Origin: Utricularia gibba
Taxonomy: Eukaryota > Plantae > Magnoliophyta
Assembly: GCA_002189035.1 (NCBI GenBank)
Contig: NEEC01000004.1
Coordinates: 3,286,001 to 3,350,000 of the forward strand
DNA: 64,000 nt
Direction: 5' to 3'
Shown here piece by piece: positions 39,032 through 51,700 of this stretch. The first letter of the stretch is position 1. The number at the start of each line of letters is the position of its first letter. The notes under the pieces are model-generated. The model worked only from the letters and a program-made list of their open reading frames with translations, did not search any database and was not told where the DNA came from. Made by a program: the position numbers and the translations under genes.

Positions 39032-39034
39032 AAA

Positions 39035-39047
39035 TGGCGCCGTTGCC
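39035..39047 (+). other. Primer-binding site TGGCGCCGTTGCC (Athila-type, tRNA-Asp)
   Basis: Exact motif next to the LTR end. Confidence 0.9.
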
Positions 39048-39203
39048 AAGGAATGGTGTCTATTAATTTCTGTGTTGTTAATGCATTTACATTCTGTTGC
39101 AGGTTCACTTGAACCCCTTGATTTGGAGATCGAGAGGACTGGAAAATTATTGAGAAAGAAGCACAAACAAAGTCAGCAAGAGGCTAAGTTGAGAGCTGTA
39201 GAG

Positions 39204-42200
39204 ATGGCTGACAACCCACCAAACAAAGAGTAGCTTGTGAATATTTTGGAGAAGACTATTGGAGAGTATGAGTCACCAGATCACACATATCCAGGGCACT
39301 GCATTCCTACAATAGCAATTAATTTAGAGTTGAGGCCAGGAACTCTTGCTCTGTTTCCTAAGTATTATGGGAACAAGAATGAGGACCCTCATATGCACAT
39401 TGACGATTGCATTGTTGTTGGAGCTGTGTTAAGACACGAGGGAGTGACTGAGGATGACTTACTGCTCCATGTCTTCCAATTTACTCTTGAAGGACACGCC
39501 AAGACTTAGAAGTTGGATGGAAATGAAGAAAGCATTTTTGAGTAAGTTTTTTCCTACCTCTAGAGCTGATGAAATTTGAAGCAAAATAGAGAATATTTTT
39601 CAAGATTATGATGAACCTTTGCATGAGTATTGGGAGAGGTTCACAACTCTTCTTTTTAGTTGTCCACATCATGGATTTGACAAATTAAAGCAGGTGAAGT
39701 GCTTTTTGAAGGGCTTGACTGCTGCCCAGTGAGATAAATTGGATTCTGCTGCACATGGTAATATGAGGACTCTGACCCCATCAAAAGGCTGGGAGAAAAT
39801 TAAAGAAATGGTTGGACAATCTAGACATTCTCAGTTTTAATCTCGAGCCCAACGACAAGTGAATGAGATGGGAGTACTAAGAGAAGATGAAGCAGTGAGA
39901 AGTGACAAGGACATTGATGAATTGTAGGATATGGTGAAGGGCTTATTTCTTATTCGTACCAAATCTATGCCTTGTGAAGTCTATAGAATTCTTGGACATA
40001 TTTCTGATCATTGTTCCATCAAAGGAAACCTGGAAGAACCAATTAAAGAAATGAATACAATGGGGTATATGAATAACAGAGCTGATTATTTCAGGACAAA
40101 GAATGACCGGCGTTTTGACTCTATGAGGAGTCATCCCAATTTCAGTTGGAGAAGCACCAACATTGAAAATTCGCAACACTTGGGATTTACTCAACCGCAG
40201 CAACAAACAACACCACCAATTTCAATTTAGCAAGGATAGAGTGTTCTACAGGGGAATAGATATCAAAGCAAGCCTTTTCAACCCCACATCAGAGAGTCGA
40301 CCAGCCAAGCACTTCAGAAACTAAACCACCTCTTTCAACTGAACAAACGATGAAGATGACGCTGGAACATGGCAAGACGTGATGCTGAGCAAGCAAAATG
40401 AGATGCTGAATCTGAGAAGGTAATGAAGAGTCTTGAGAGATAGATTGGTCAACTTGCTACAGAGCTTGTTAAACTGAAAGGAAATTCAGGGAAACTACCA
40501 TCTCAGCCCAATGCCAATCCGAAAGCTAACATTTTTGCTATTGAACTTCTTGGGGGCAAGCTGCTACCTGATCGAAAGGCCCTTGCAAGTCATTGTAAAG
40601 TGGCTGAAGGTTCTGAAATTCATTCTGAAGATAAGAAACTACAAGGAACAGCAATAGGGGAACCTGTTGTTAGGATCAAGAAAACACCACTCTTTCCTAG
40701 AAGACTACAAGCTAGAGCAAGGCAAGAAGAGAAGGACTCTATAATTTCAGCCTTGGATTCTGCCATGATTATCATGAAGGCCATAGATTACTTGAGGCAA
40801 GTGTCGAAAGGGATGAAAGTGTTGAAGGATTTGTGTAGTTCGAAGAGAAAGAGCAAGGATGAAGAGGTCATCAAAGTTAGTGCTCAAGTCTCAACCTACC
40901 TGACGCAGCAGATGCCGAAAAAATGTTCAGACCCTAGAACATTTTTTGTTCCTATTCAGGTAGGAACCAAATTTATCAGCAGCGCAATGGCGGATTAAGG
41001 TGCTTCAATCAACATGATGCCTTATGAAGTCTATTTAGCACTGGATTTGGAACCCCTTAGGCCAACAAACTTGAAATTACAGCTTGCAACTAGATCAGTG
41101 GCCATTCCTAAGGATATTGCTGAGGATGTTTTAGTTCGAGTTTCTAACACTTGCTATCAATGCGATTTTGTTGTTGTTAAAATGCCACTAGCTAGGGTGA
41201 GTGATAATACTTTAATTATGGGATGCCCTTTTCTAGCTACTACAAATGTTCAAATTGATTGTAGGAAAAGAGCCCTCACTATTGGTTATGTTGATGATAT
41301 CTCTATGTTTAAGACCAATGAAGCTGAGAAATTTTAGATGAAGAATAGCAAGATATTCTTGAAATCTTTAGATGAAGAATAGCAAGAAATTTCAAATTGA
41401 TTGTAGGAACAGATGATTTTGCACCAGTGACTGGAGTTGGTGTCATGGATGAGCTGATGGAGGAAGTTTTAGATGAAGAATAGCAAGATATTCTTGAAAT
41501 CTTTAGACAAGAAGTCGAGCTCGAAGAGGAGGATGTTGAGCACTTAGTTTTGGAATGCTTCATTGAAAATAAAGACTTGGTGAAGCTTGGTGAGGTGACT
41601 AGCGTTGCACCACCAGAATTGAAACCCTTACCTTCACATCTCAAGTATGCATTCATTGGTACCAATTCCAAGCTGGTGATTATTAGTACTGATCTTTCTT
41701 GTGAAGAAGAGATGAAGCTGATGGATGTTCTGAAAGCTAACAACAAGGCCATTGGAAAGACATTGGATGATATAATCGGAATTAGCTCTTCTGTTACAAT
41801 GCATAGGATTTATCTTGTAGACGGAGCAAAACCGGTTAGACAACCTTAAAGAAGGCTGAATCCTACCCTCATGGAGGTAGTGAAGAAGGAAATACAGAAA
41901 TTGCTGAAGGTTGGAGAGATTTATTCGATTTTTGATAGCACGTGGGTATCTCCTATCCAGGTAGTCCCTAAAAAAACAGGAATTACGGTTGTCTCAAGAT
42001 GCTGATGGAAAGAAGCTGGCAACGCGAGTTTAGAATAGATGGAGGGTGTGTATTGACTACAGGAATCTGAATGAAGTCACAAGAAAGGATCACTACCCTC
42101 TACCCTTCATTGACCAAATGTTGGATACGTTAAGTGGTAAGAGTTTTTATTGCTTTCTTGATGGGTACTCAGGGTATAATCAGGTTGCTGTGGCACCGGA

Positions 42201-44501
42201 TGATCAAGAAAAGACGACTTTTACCCGTCCCTTTGGCACCTATGCGTACAAGAAGATGTCATTTGACCTCTGCAACGCCCCAGTGATGTTTCAAAGGTGT
42301 GTCACCAGCATTTTTTTTGGATTATATTGATGATTTCATAGAAGTATTCATGGATGACTTTACGGTGCATGGGACTAGTTTTGATTATTTTTGAATCATC
42401 TGGAACTTGTATTGAAACATTGTGTTGAGAAGGATTTAGTTTTGAACTCTGAAAAATGCCAATGGTACGCCAAAGAATTGTACTTGGGCATGTTGTTTCT
42501 GTTGCAGGTCTTATGGTAGATTCTGCCAAGGTAAGTACTATTTCTGGTTTACCATATCCACGTGATGAAAGAGGTGTTCATGCATTTTTAGGCCATGTTG
42601 AATTTTACAGGAGGTTTATTAAAGGCTTTTCTCAAATTGTTTGATCACTAACCAGTCTCTTGCAGAAAGATGCTGAGTTTGTTTTTGCAAATGAGTGCAA
42701 GCATGCTTTTGACACTCTCAAGGCGGCCGTGACATCAGCTCCTATCATACAAGAGCTCAATTAGAATGAACCATTCCATGTGATGACTGCAGTAGGAGAT
42801 GTGTTAGGTCAGAAACTTGATTGAAAAGACACTATTATCAGCTATGCCTCTGAAACCTTGGATAATGCTTAAGCGAATTACACTATAACCAAAAAGGAGA
42901 TGCTAGCTGTTGTATTTGCCTTGGAAAAGTTCAGAAGCTATTTGATGGGAAACAAAGTTATTGTGCACACAGATCATGCCATCATCAAACACCTCATGTC
43001 TAAGAAGGAGACCAAACCAAGGCTTATGAGGTGGGTCTTATTGCTATAAGAGTTCAATGTGGAAATCAAGGATAAGCCTGGGAAGCTCAACGAAGTTGCA
43101 GATCACCTTAGCAGAATCGAGCAACCCACAGATGGTGTTCCAATTGCTGAAGAATTTCCAGATGAACAACTTTGTGCAATTAAGACTAATGCAGGGAAGA
43201 CTAGTGAACCATGGTACGCTGACATAGTAACTATCTGTGCTTTGATGAGATTGCATTTTACTTAAAGAATTATGAGAAGCTAAAGTTGAAGAGTGATAGT
43301 AAGCACTATTTTTGGGATGACCCCTATCTGTGGAAAAATTGTGTTGATGGTGTGGTGCGATGTTGCTTGGCTGAAGATGATGATCAGCAAGTGCTGGCAT
43401 TCTGTCATGCCTCACCTTGTGGAGGGCACCATGGTCCTACCCGTACTGCCAAGAAGGTGCTATATTGTGGTTATTACTAGCCAAGAGTTTTCAAAGATGC
43501 CAAGTCTTACTGTAAGAGCTGCGAAAACTGCCAACGAATAGGGAACATCTCCAATCGACATGAAATGCCATTGCAACCAATTGTTGTTCCAGAAGTGTTT
43601 GATATGTGGGGTATAGACTTCATGAGCCCCTTCCCAAACTCATATGGCTATGAGTACATCTTCGTGGCAATGGATTATGTTTCAAAGTGGATAGAGGCAA
43701 TCCCCACCAAGTCACAAGACACTCATTCAGTCATCTGCTTTCTGAAGAATAACATCTTTGTGAGGTTTGAAACATCCAAAGCCTTGATCAGTGATCGTGG
43801 AAGACATTTCTTTAACAAAGCTATGGAGACACTGCTGAAAAGCTATGAAGTCTGATACAAGCCATCTAACTCTTACCATCCTTAGACTAATGGGCAAGTA
43901 GAAGTTTCTAATCAGGAGATCAAGCAAATTTTGGAAAAGATTGTGACTTCTTCTCGCAAGGATTGGAGCTCCAACAAATTGTGGGCGATTCGAATAGCCT
44001 TCAAAACCCCCATCGGTATGTGTTCCTTTTGTCTTGTATATGCTAAAAATTGCCATTTTCCCATTGAATTAGAGTAGAAGGCCAGATAGGTGATCCAGCG
44101 AGTGAACTTGGAGATTCAAGGCAATGGTGATTTGAGAAAGCTCCAACTTTTCAGAGCTTAGTGAACTAAGACATGAGACCTACATGAATTCTAAGATCTT
44201 CAAGGAATGCACGAAGCAGTTTCATGACCATCAGATCTCGCGAAAGCACTTTGAACTTGGTCAAAAGGTATTATTATTTCAGTCTAAACTCAAACTTCAC
44301 CCAGATAAACTGAAATCTTTTTGGGAAGAACCTTTTGTGATTAAACATGTGAATCCTAATGATTCTATTGAATTGCTTGATAGAGACATGCATAGCTCAT
44401 TCATTGTGAATGGTCGTAGATTGAAAGTGTTCTATGAGCTTATGATCAATGAAGTGGGACACCCTATGGATGCTATGGCATTCACCGAAGTTCCTCTTTG
44501 A
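39204..44501 (+). pseudogene. Athila gag-pol pseudogene (gag, aspartic protease, RT, RNase H, integrase) with many stops and frameshifts
   Basis: gag FPKYYGNKNEDPHMH. Protease KCSDPRTF...AMAD*GASINMMPY. RT CIDYRNLNEVTRKDHYPLPFIDQML, FLDGYSGYNQ, EVFMDDF. RNase [18 protein letters not shown]. Integrase CHASPCGGH, FDMWGIDFM, ALISDRGRHF. Confidence 0.93.
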
Positions 44502-44759
44502 GACTTTGCACATAAGTCTTATCCTGAGACTTATTCTAGGGTCCTCACTGGGTGGTAACTAGTATTCTCTACTTATATTTTCTTTATGCATTTTTATTTT
44601 CTTTCTCCACTTTCAGTTATGCATTTTACCTTCTGTGGGGTTGCAATTTATTATTTTGTTGGTTTTTTCTACCCCGCTATTAGTTTCTTATGCAATAGCC
44701 CATCTCATGCGTAGTTCCAATTCTTTCTTTATTTTTAGTTATACAGGCCCAGTGGGTTC

Positions 44760-47100
44760 AATTTAAAAAGGCTGGGAAACCCTTCTTTCCAACAAGTACT
44801 TTCCCCTTTTGTGCCCCTTCCTCCCTTTTTGCAAAACCATTGCACCTCTTCCATAGCAAAGCTCCCTTCCTATGACTTCACCGCAGTGCCGCCAACCACC
44901 CTTCACCACCCATCTAGTCCGGCAGCACCCATACCCACCAACCCAACCTCTGGTGTACCACATACTGTTCAGTTTGTCCTCCAATCTGCTACCGCACCCT
45001 CTGTCGCGAGCCCTAAGCCCTCTTTCAATGAAATGCTGCTGGCGGCGCAGGTGGAAGCCAACATTCTGTAGTTGCTGCTGGGTTTATGGGTCGCCTCTAG
45101 TGCCTCTTTGCCCATCCCTGCACTGCAGCCACCCCCTGTTACTATTACGCCCTCACTGTGCCAGCATTCCCCACCGCCGCCTGTTTCGCCGACCCAAAAT
45201 CTGGTGGGTTCAATTGATTTTTCCTTTACTCTAGCTACCCTCGCCCTTCTACCGCCGCACCAACCACCCATCACTACACCTCTTCTCCACCGCCAGTGAT
45301 TACCCTCTCTGCTACCCCTCCGCCACCGGAGCGCTTCACCCCTAGAACCCCGCTCACACCAAACCCCATTTATGCTGATTTCTTCAAGGAACATGAAACT
45401 CCAGAACCCCCGGAGAGGGTTATTCCCAAGTCTGTGGCCCCTGCTACCAGATTTGCTCCTAATGCTGCACCAGAAGCCTCTCAAAGCACTGCTCCAGTAG
45501 GGAATAACACAGCGAGACCTGCGAGCGGCAAGAGAAGTAGGGTTAAGCAGTGTGTGATCCATAGAACTTACAAAACGTGCAAGCAGCAGGCAGAGGAAGA
45601 AGATTTTGCAGCTAAACAGTGGGAGGAGGAAAATGCCGCCAACAAGAAGAAGGGCATGAAAGAAGCCAACAAGGGAAAAGTACCAGAAAAGGCTCCCCGC
45701 GCCTTCCCAAACACCTTCTAAACCAGCAAGAGAGGAGGAAGCTGCAAATAAGAAGAAGGTCACAGCTAAAACAAGAAAGAAGAACTCTGCGGGGAAGAGC
45801 CCTGAACCAACCCCAGCACCCACCGAGACAGCAAGGGTAGAGGATTCAATTGTTCGATGGGAATAGCCAGAGCGAGCAAGTAAGGGACAGAAGAAACGAC
45901 TACGAGATGAGAAGGAAACTACGACCACGTAGAAGGGAGGAAAAGCCAAACAACGCAAGGCGGAAAAAGGTAAAGAAAAGATAACTGACCCCCCTGTTGG
46001 ATCCACTATTTTCGTAGACAAGAACATCACCATGGTGGATCTGGAGGACTGCTCCAGAAGAATGACCGAAGAAGGGCGTGCATTTTTTAGTTAGGAAGAT
46101 ATAGAAATTTTCACAGAGCACCTATGGTTCAGCGGCAGAGTCTACAAGGAAAAGCTAGACACAATACACTGAAACGCTGCACCACTTATGCATTGGGCAG
46201 GAGGTAAATGAACGGTTGGTAGGTACACTGTTTCTTCAAATTTTTCAGAAAAAGCTTCCTGCCTGTGCTGAATTGTAGTACGAATTTTTCACAACATTTG
46301 TGTATGATGTGTTTGAAACTATTTTTGCTCCTGGGATTATTCGGTTTAGATTGTTTGGGAAAGGGTTTGCATATTCTTTGGCCAATTGGAATAGAGCATT
46401 AGGATTTGTTTCTGAAAATGATTTGAACTCCAATGCTTTTCAAACTTCTATGTTTGATTTTCCTGGTGTTGAATACTTTGATGAGCACGAAGTTTATGAG
46501 CAATTGACTGGGCAGTGTGAGGTTATCTTTAAGCAAAAAGAGACCAAAGCCAGCTTGATAGAAGATCCTATTTGGAGGATAATTCATGTTTTGCTTTCTG
46601 CTTCATTTTTTTCAGCATCAACTTGCCTTCAATTCTTTGTTTAATAATGAAACATTCATCTTGTGGAGTTTAATGATGAAAAGGCCATTGGATGTTGGTG
46701 CATTACTTGCGGATTTGATGGAAAAGGAAGTAGGGAACAGAAATTTTGTTTTAACTTTGTGGTTTGGAAATTGGATTTCTTATTTGGCTTTGAAAGAATT
46801 TGGCCCTGATGTTTTAGAAAATGCCAACTTGCACATTGGACACCCTCATCTCCCCATTAACTTGTCTTTTCTCGCATACATTCGAATGATTCGACTTGCC
46901 AAAGGCAAAATCGTGTTTTTATTGAGCATAGGTGAAGGAAATGTTGTGGAGCAGCCCCTGCCCAATGCTCAAGAAGCTTCTACATCCATTGGGGCAGGGC
47001 AAGCACCTATGAAGAGTGGAGATTGCTGATTTTTGAAGGAAATCCGTGAGTTGAGAGGTACTGTAGGCACCTTGAAGATGTATTTGGAAATTCTGCTTGA
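44760..47100 (+). pseudogene. Athila extra (env-like / ATHILA ORF-1 family) ORF with a Pro-rich N-terminal part, broken by stops
   Basis: Same-frame pieces 44811-45071, 45072-45299 and 45296-45721, then YEFFTTF...PGIIRFRLFGKGF...NWNRALGF...EVYEQLT and hydrophobic FILWSLMMKRPLDVGALL. Homologous to ORFs 50196-51251. Confidence 0.72.
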
Positions 47101-47441
47101 TTTGCAGACAAACGTAGGTCCGACTGCTCCTCCTAAATCTTGATTGGACTTTTACCCTATTTTTTGTATATTTTTATTCTGTGTTTTATGTGTTTTACTT
47201 CTTCTACTTGTCGTTGCATGTGTTTTGTAGTTGTTTGTCTGTCTTTTGTTGCCTTGAGTACTGCTAAGCATGTTTAGGAATTTCGGTTCATGCTAGCATG
47301 TATGAGGGTAGCGAGATTTTTAGATACCTACCCCTTCGCTTCTATGACAACTCAGCCTTTTTAGTTCTTACTTGCCTAAGACCTGTATGAGGGTAGCGAA
47401 ATTTTTAGAGAAGTGCATGCATGCCACTTGTGTTTTATTTT

Positions 47442-48200
47442 TGATAAATAAAAAATTTTGTATGTCGTTAAAATACAAATTTCTCCTATCAAATAAAATT
47501 TATGAACCTAATTCACATCAAATCATATGAAAAATATGAGCATAGTGGACTAGAATCGAACACAAGGAGCTAGGTGCTTGCTATGTGAAAGTCAATGCAT
47601 GCAATCAGTGTCACGTTGATAGATTTGGTCTTAATTAGGACTAAGGCAGAGTTGCGATAAAATACAGTAAAGAAAAGTAACAAACTTCTGAACTCGGTTG
47701 TTCCTAGAATGAAATCAGTGATGCCCTGGGACTCCTAGGGGATGTACGTTTATTACTAAACATGCTCATACAAACCATAAATCAAACAACTAACAAACAA
47801 AGTCTAGGTCTACCCCGACTTTTGTTTTTCTACTAATCTTTGATCTACCTCTAATTGCCAATGAGGGAGATCTCCTATCTCTCCATCTTGTCCCCTCTTT
47901 TTGTCCAAAATCCTCCTTTTTCTTCTTCTTAGATTTTGTGTTCTTCTTTTCAAACTTTTGCCTCATCCTCTACCACTACATTGTTCATATCCGGCTCCTT
48001 GAGATTTGTGTTGTTGACATGTGCTGCATTGCTAAAAAAAAACTATTAGAAGTTGGAGTAGATTTAGTTCCAACTAAGACTAAAATAACACAATTATGGT
48101 ACTATACGTAAAAATATAGAACTAGACAATAAAGCTAAAGTTTTGTAGCACACTATGAGTCATTTCCATGTATTCAATTACTAAAAAATATGTGTTATCA
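47442..48200 (-). repeat. 3' LTR (internally shortened) of the minus-strand Athila-like element
   Basis: Minus strand TGATAACACATATTTTT...TTTATCA, homologous to 48561-49650 and 53532-54640. Confidence 0.8.
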
Positions 48201-48560
48201 CATTATGCTACAACGACACTAGACTTGTCCTCAAGTCCTAACTAAGACTAATCAGAGGTAAATAGTTAATGGATCTTCTACATAGTGATGTGGATGCTTA
48301 ACATTCAGCTCAAAATGCATGAATTGAAGGGGTGCCAATGAGGGTGTCACTCAAGCATATATGATAGTTTCATCCTGAAAGGTGTATTCGAAGATTAAAT
48401 GAGCAAGAATAGCATATGCGTACCTCCAAGGAATCCTGGTTGTCATCACTATTTTTTTATTCTCTTTTTTCATTCTCTTCCTTATTTTTTCTATAGAGAT
48501 TGAGACCAGGGGACCCTTCTACTCCTCTGAGTTGTTCCCCTCTTTATATGTGAGTGTGGG

Positions 48561-49650
48561 TGATAACACATATTTTTGAGTGGCTCAATGTATGGAATTT
48601 ACTCATTTTGTGCTACAAAAATTAAGCTTAATTGCCTGTTTCTAACAATTCCCTTCGAGCAATGCAGCATAGGTCGCAATACAAATCCCAATGAGCTGAA
48701 TATGAACAATGTGGTGGCAGAGAAGGTGACAGAAGTCTGAAAAAGAGTATACACAAAGTCCAAGGAGGTGAAAAAGGGAGATTTTTGGACAAAAAGGGAG
48801 GAAAGGTGGGGAGAGAAGGCAGATCTCCCCTTGGAGACTCACGAATAGCTATCTGGAGAAGGTTTTCTGGGGAGGAAGAAGATGGAAGACAAACAGAAAC
48901 GAAGCTGAAGTTCAAGACTAATTTCTGTTTTCGAAGAATATTACTCCTAGCTAAGAGTAGCTAGCGACGTTTTTAGTTTTTGTCGAGATTTCACATTACT
49001 TTCTTGTTTGCTTTCTGGTATTCGACTGTGAAATGAGTATACTGTGGGTGATGTTTTCTTTTCCACTTTCGTTTACCTTAAACATGAGTGGCTAAGCACT
49101 TAGAGGGGTGCCTTGGGGTGAAAAGGGGAGAAATATGCTAATCTATCCTTAGACTTAATAAACCATGAGTCACGCCACTTCCCTAACAAACCAGGATAGA
49201 TCCAGGAGGGGGAAGTAGTGAAACCCAACTTAACAACCCTAATTAGAGGTAGACCGAAGATTAGGGGGAAAACAAGAATACGGGTAGACCTAGATCTTGT
49301 GAGTTAGTTGTATGATTTATGATTTGTATGAACTTGTTTAATGATGAGCATACATCCCCTAGGAGTCCCAAGGCATCACCTATTTCATTCCTGAAACAAT
49401 CGAGCTCCAGAACTTATAACTTTTCCTTACTGTATTTTGTTTTAGTTCTACCATAGTCTTAGCTAAGACCAATTTTACCAACATGACACTAGTTTCATTC
49501 ATTAACTTTCACATAGCAATCACCTGCTCTTTGTGTTCGACCCTAATCACTATGCTCATAATTGTATTATGTTTTAATGTATATTAGGTTATAAATTTAT
49601 TTGATAGGAAAATTTGCATTTAACGACATTGCATAATTTATCGTTTATCA
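48561..49650 (+). mobile_element. Solo LTR (1090 bp) of the same family, inserted in reverse orientation into that element's 3' UTR
   Basis: TGATAACAC...TTTATCA ends with perfect 5-bp TSD GTGGG (48556-48560, 49651-49655). Confidence 0.9.
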
Positions 49651-50195
49651 GTGGGCAATGCACTCTCCTCCTTATTCCTCCAGGGGACCCTTCTACTCCT
49701 CTAAGTTGTTCCCATAACTTCCTTGGGCTCTTTACTCTACCGTCTACACACGCTCTTTTGTTGTGTGTTGTTTTTCAAGACATGGGTCTCATCGCTTTTC
49801 TTGAAATGATGCTTTTCTAGCCCCTTTTTTTTGTTGTTTGTGGATTTCATGACAATTAGTCTTCCATGAGAAATCAACACATGCCAATTTGCTTAAAAAA
49901 AATCTTGAATGCACCAATCCAATTACATTGAACATGTTGCCACCTCATGAAAATAATAAAGGGAAAACATGCTCAGTGGTTCATAAATGGACATGAAAAA
50001 ATTCATGCATTTCGTGCATCATGAAAAACATCCCATGCTTGTACGAAAATTCCTCAACTGTTCACAAAATTCTCCTGACAATAACATTGCACTACTAAAT
50101 TACTCTTAACTTAGATTAACACCATAAAAATAAAATAAAAATAAAAATAAAGCAATGCAGCGATGTTACTTGATGGGGGAGGAGTCTTTTACTTC

Positions 50196-51700
50196 CTATT
50201 TCAACTCTTTTACTTCCCTTAACAAATCCCCAAGCCTGTCATATATCATATCATTTTTTTCCTTGCAACAACAGTCCTTTCCTTCCTTCGCTTTGTCTGG
50301 TCCTTGTCGAGACGTCCTTGATTTTGCTTTCTGTGCAGGCAAACTGTTGAAAATTCCTATTAGAGATCTAAACAAAAAACTATTCCCCCTAGCTTGGAGT
50401 AATCCAGTGGTTTTAAGAAAGTGAGCATTCAAAGGGAATATTTTTGTCTCCACATGAAAATATTCTAGCTCATAAATTCGATCAGCGCATAGTCTTTGTG
50501 CAAGGAGGGTGATTACATTACCAAACTTGAGATGATTTATGGTGCTTCGCCGATAGTCTCTGTTCGTTTGCTCTGCTAAAATTGCCCCTAAATTCAATGC
50601 TTTCTTATGCAACAAATACCACATAACAAACAATTCATGTTTATATAAGGCATTAAATCCCAAGGCTCTTCCAAATAGCACAGCAGAAATCAGCAAATGA
50701 ACATATCGTGCAACAGGTTCTGTAAACAAGCCATCTTTTGTACCCTTAGGTTTAAATTCTATAATATGCTAACTAGTTAACACCTCATACACTTCCTCAG
50801 CATTGAAATCATCAGGATAATCATATAAGGAAATGGCAAACACATGCGATTCAACATGATGCTCAAAACAGAATCCTAAGGTTACACTCCATTCAACAAT
50901 TGAAAGTGAAAATTCTTTTCCTATCAATCTAAATGTAATTGCTCCTGGTGTAATCACAGTCTCTAGTTTTTCATAACAGAATGTGGAAGCAAATTCATAT
51001 ATAAATTCAACATAAGAAGGGTAATTCATGTCACACAAAGTAAGCAGCCCAAAGTTTTCTAGCAGTGAATAAACTTCAGTAACTTTTCCCAATTCCACCA
51101 ATATCTCGTAATCTATGATGCGGCAAGGCATCAGATTTGTCCCTTTTACCTCATTATACTTGGTGGCGAATTCTTCATCAGCAAACTGAAGGTATTTCAG
51201 GTTTAGCATCTCTGCATGCTGCTTAAAATAGGGGATGCCCTTGCCAGTCATTCTTCGTTATGATTTCCTCTTCTCTTCCTCTTCAAGCTTACCTGAACTC
51301 AAGAACAATGGAACAAGGTTAGGTAAGAATTTTTCTCGTTTCGTTTCTACCACATGTTCCTCCTCGCTGGCATTTTTCTCCAACTCCTCTATTTCCGGTT
51401 CAGGTTCCTGCTACTTCTTTGTTCTGCTCCTTGTTCTCTTTGCAATCAAATTTTGGTCATTCTCTTCCTCCTTTGCTGCTGTAGCAACAGGTGTGGCTGG
51501 CTCCTTATCTTCTGTTGGAACTTGTTTTGCTTCTCCAGCCTCTGGTTCTTTTTCTTTAATTGCTTGCTCTGCAATTTTTGGAACTTCCTGCACCTCTGCT
51601 GGAGCAATTTGTGTGGTGGTTTCCTCTTCTGGCCCTTTCTCCCCTTCTTCTTTTTCTGGTACACAATCTGGGGTGGCTCAATAGATGTCAGGCCTCAATC
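50196..51700 (-). pseudogene. Athila extra (env-like / ATHILA ORF-1 family) ORF of the minus-strand element
   Basis: Charged N-terminal part (51411-51664), NLMPCRIIDYEIL...YVEFIYEFASTF...PGAITFRLIGKEF (50769-51251), HLLISAVLFG...LFVMWYLLHKKALNLGAIL and a coiled-coil-like end (50196-50729). Confidence 0.78.

Larger units (their letters stand above)
37838..47441 (+). mobile_element. Degenerate Athila (Ty3/gypsy) element; 3' LTR not found in the window
   Basis: 5' LTR, tRNA-Asp-type PBS, gag-pol, extra ORF after integrase, and 3' UTR interrupted at 47442 by another element. Confidence 0.9.

Noticed and set aside
44969-46033. 354-aa stop-free antisense ORF in Athila
   Set aside because: Mirror of a purine- and proline-rich sense ORF that lacks TTA/CTA/TCA in that register; the translation is low-complexity F/L/S/G with no domain. 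Only conservation across copies would rescue it.
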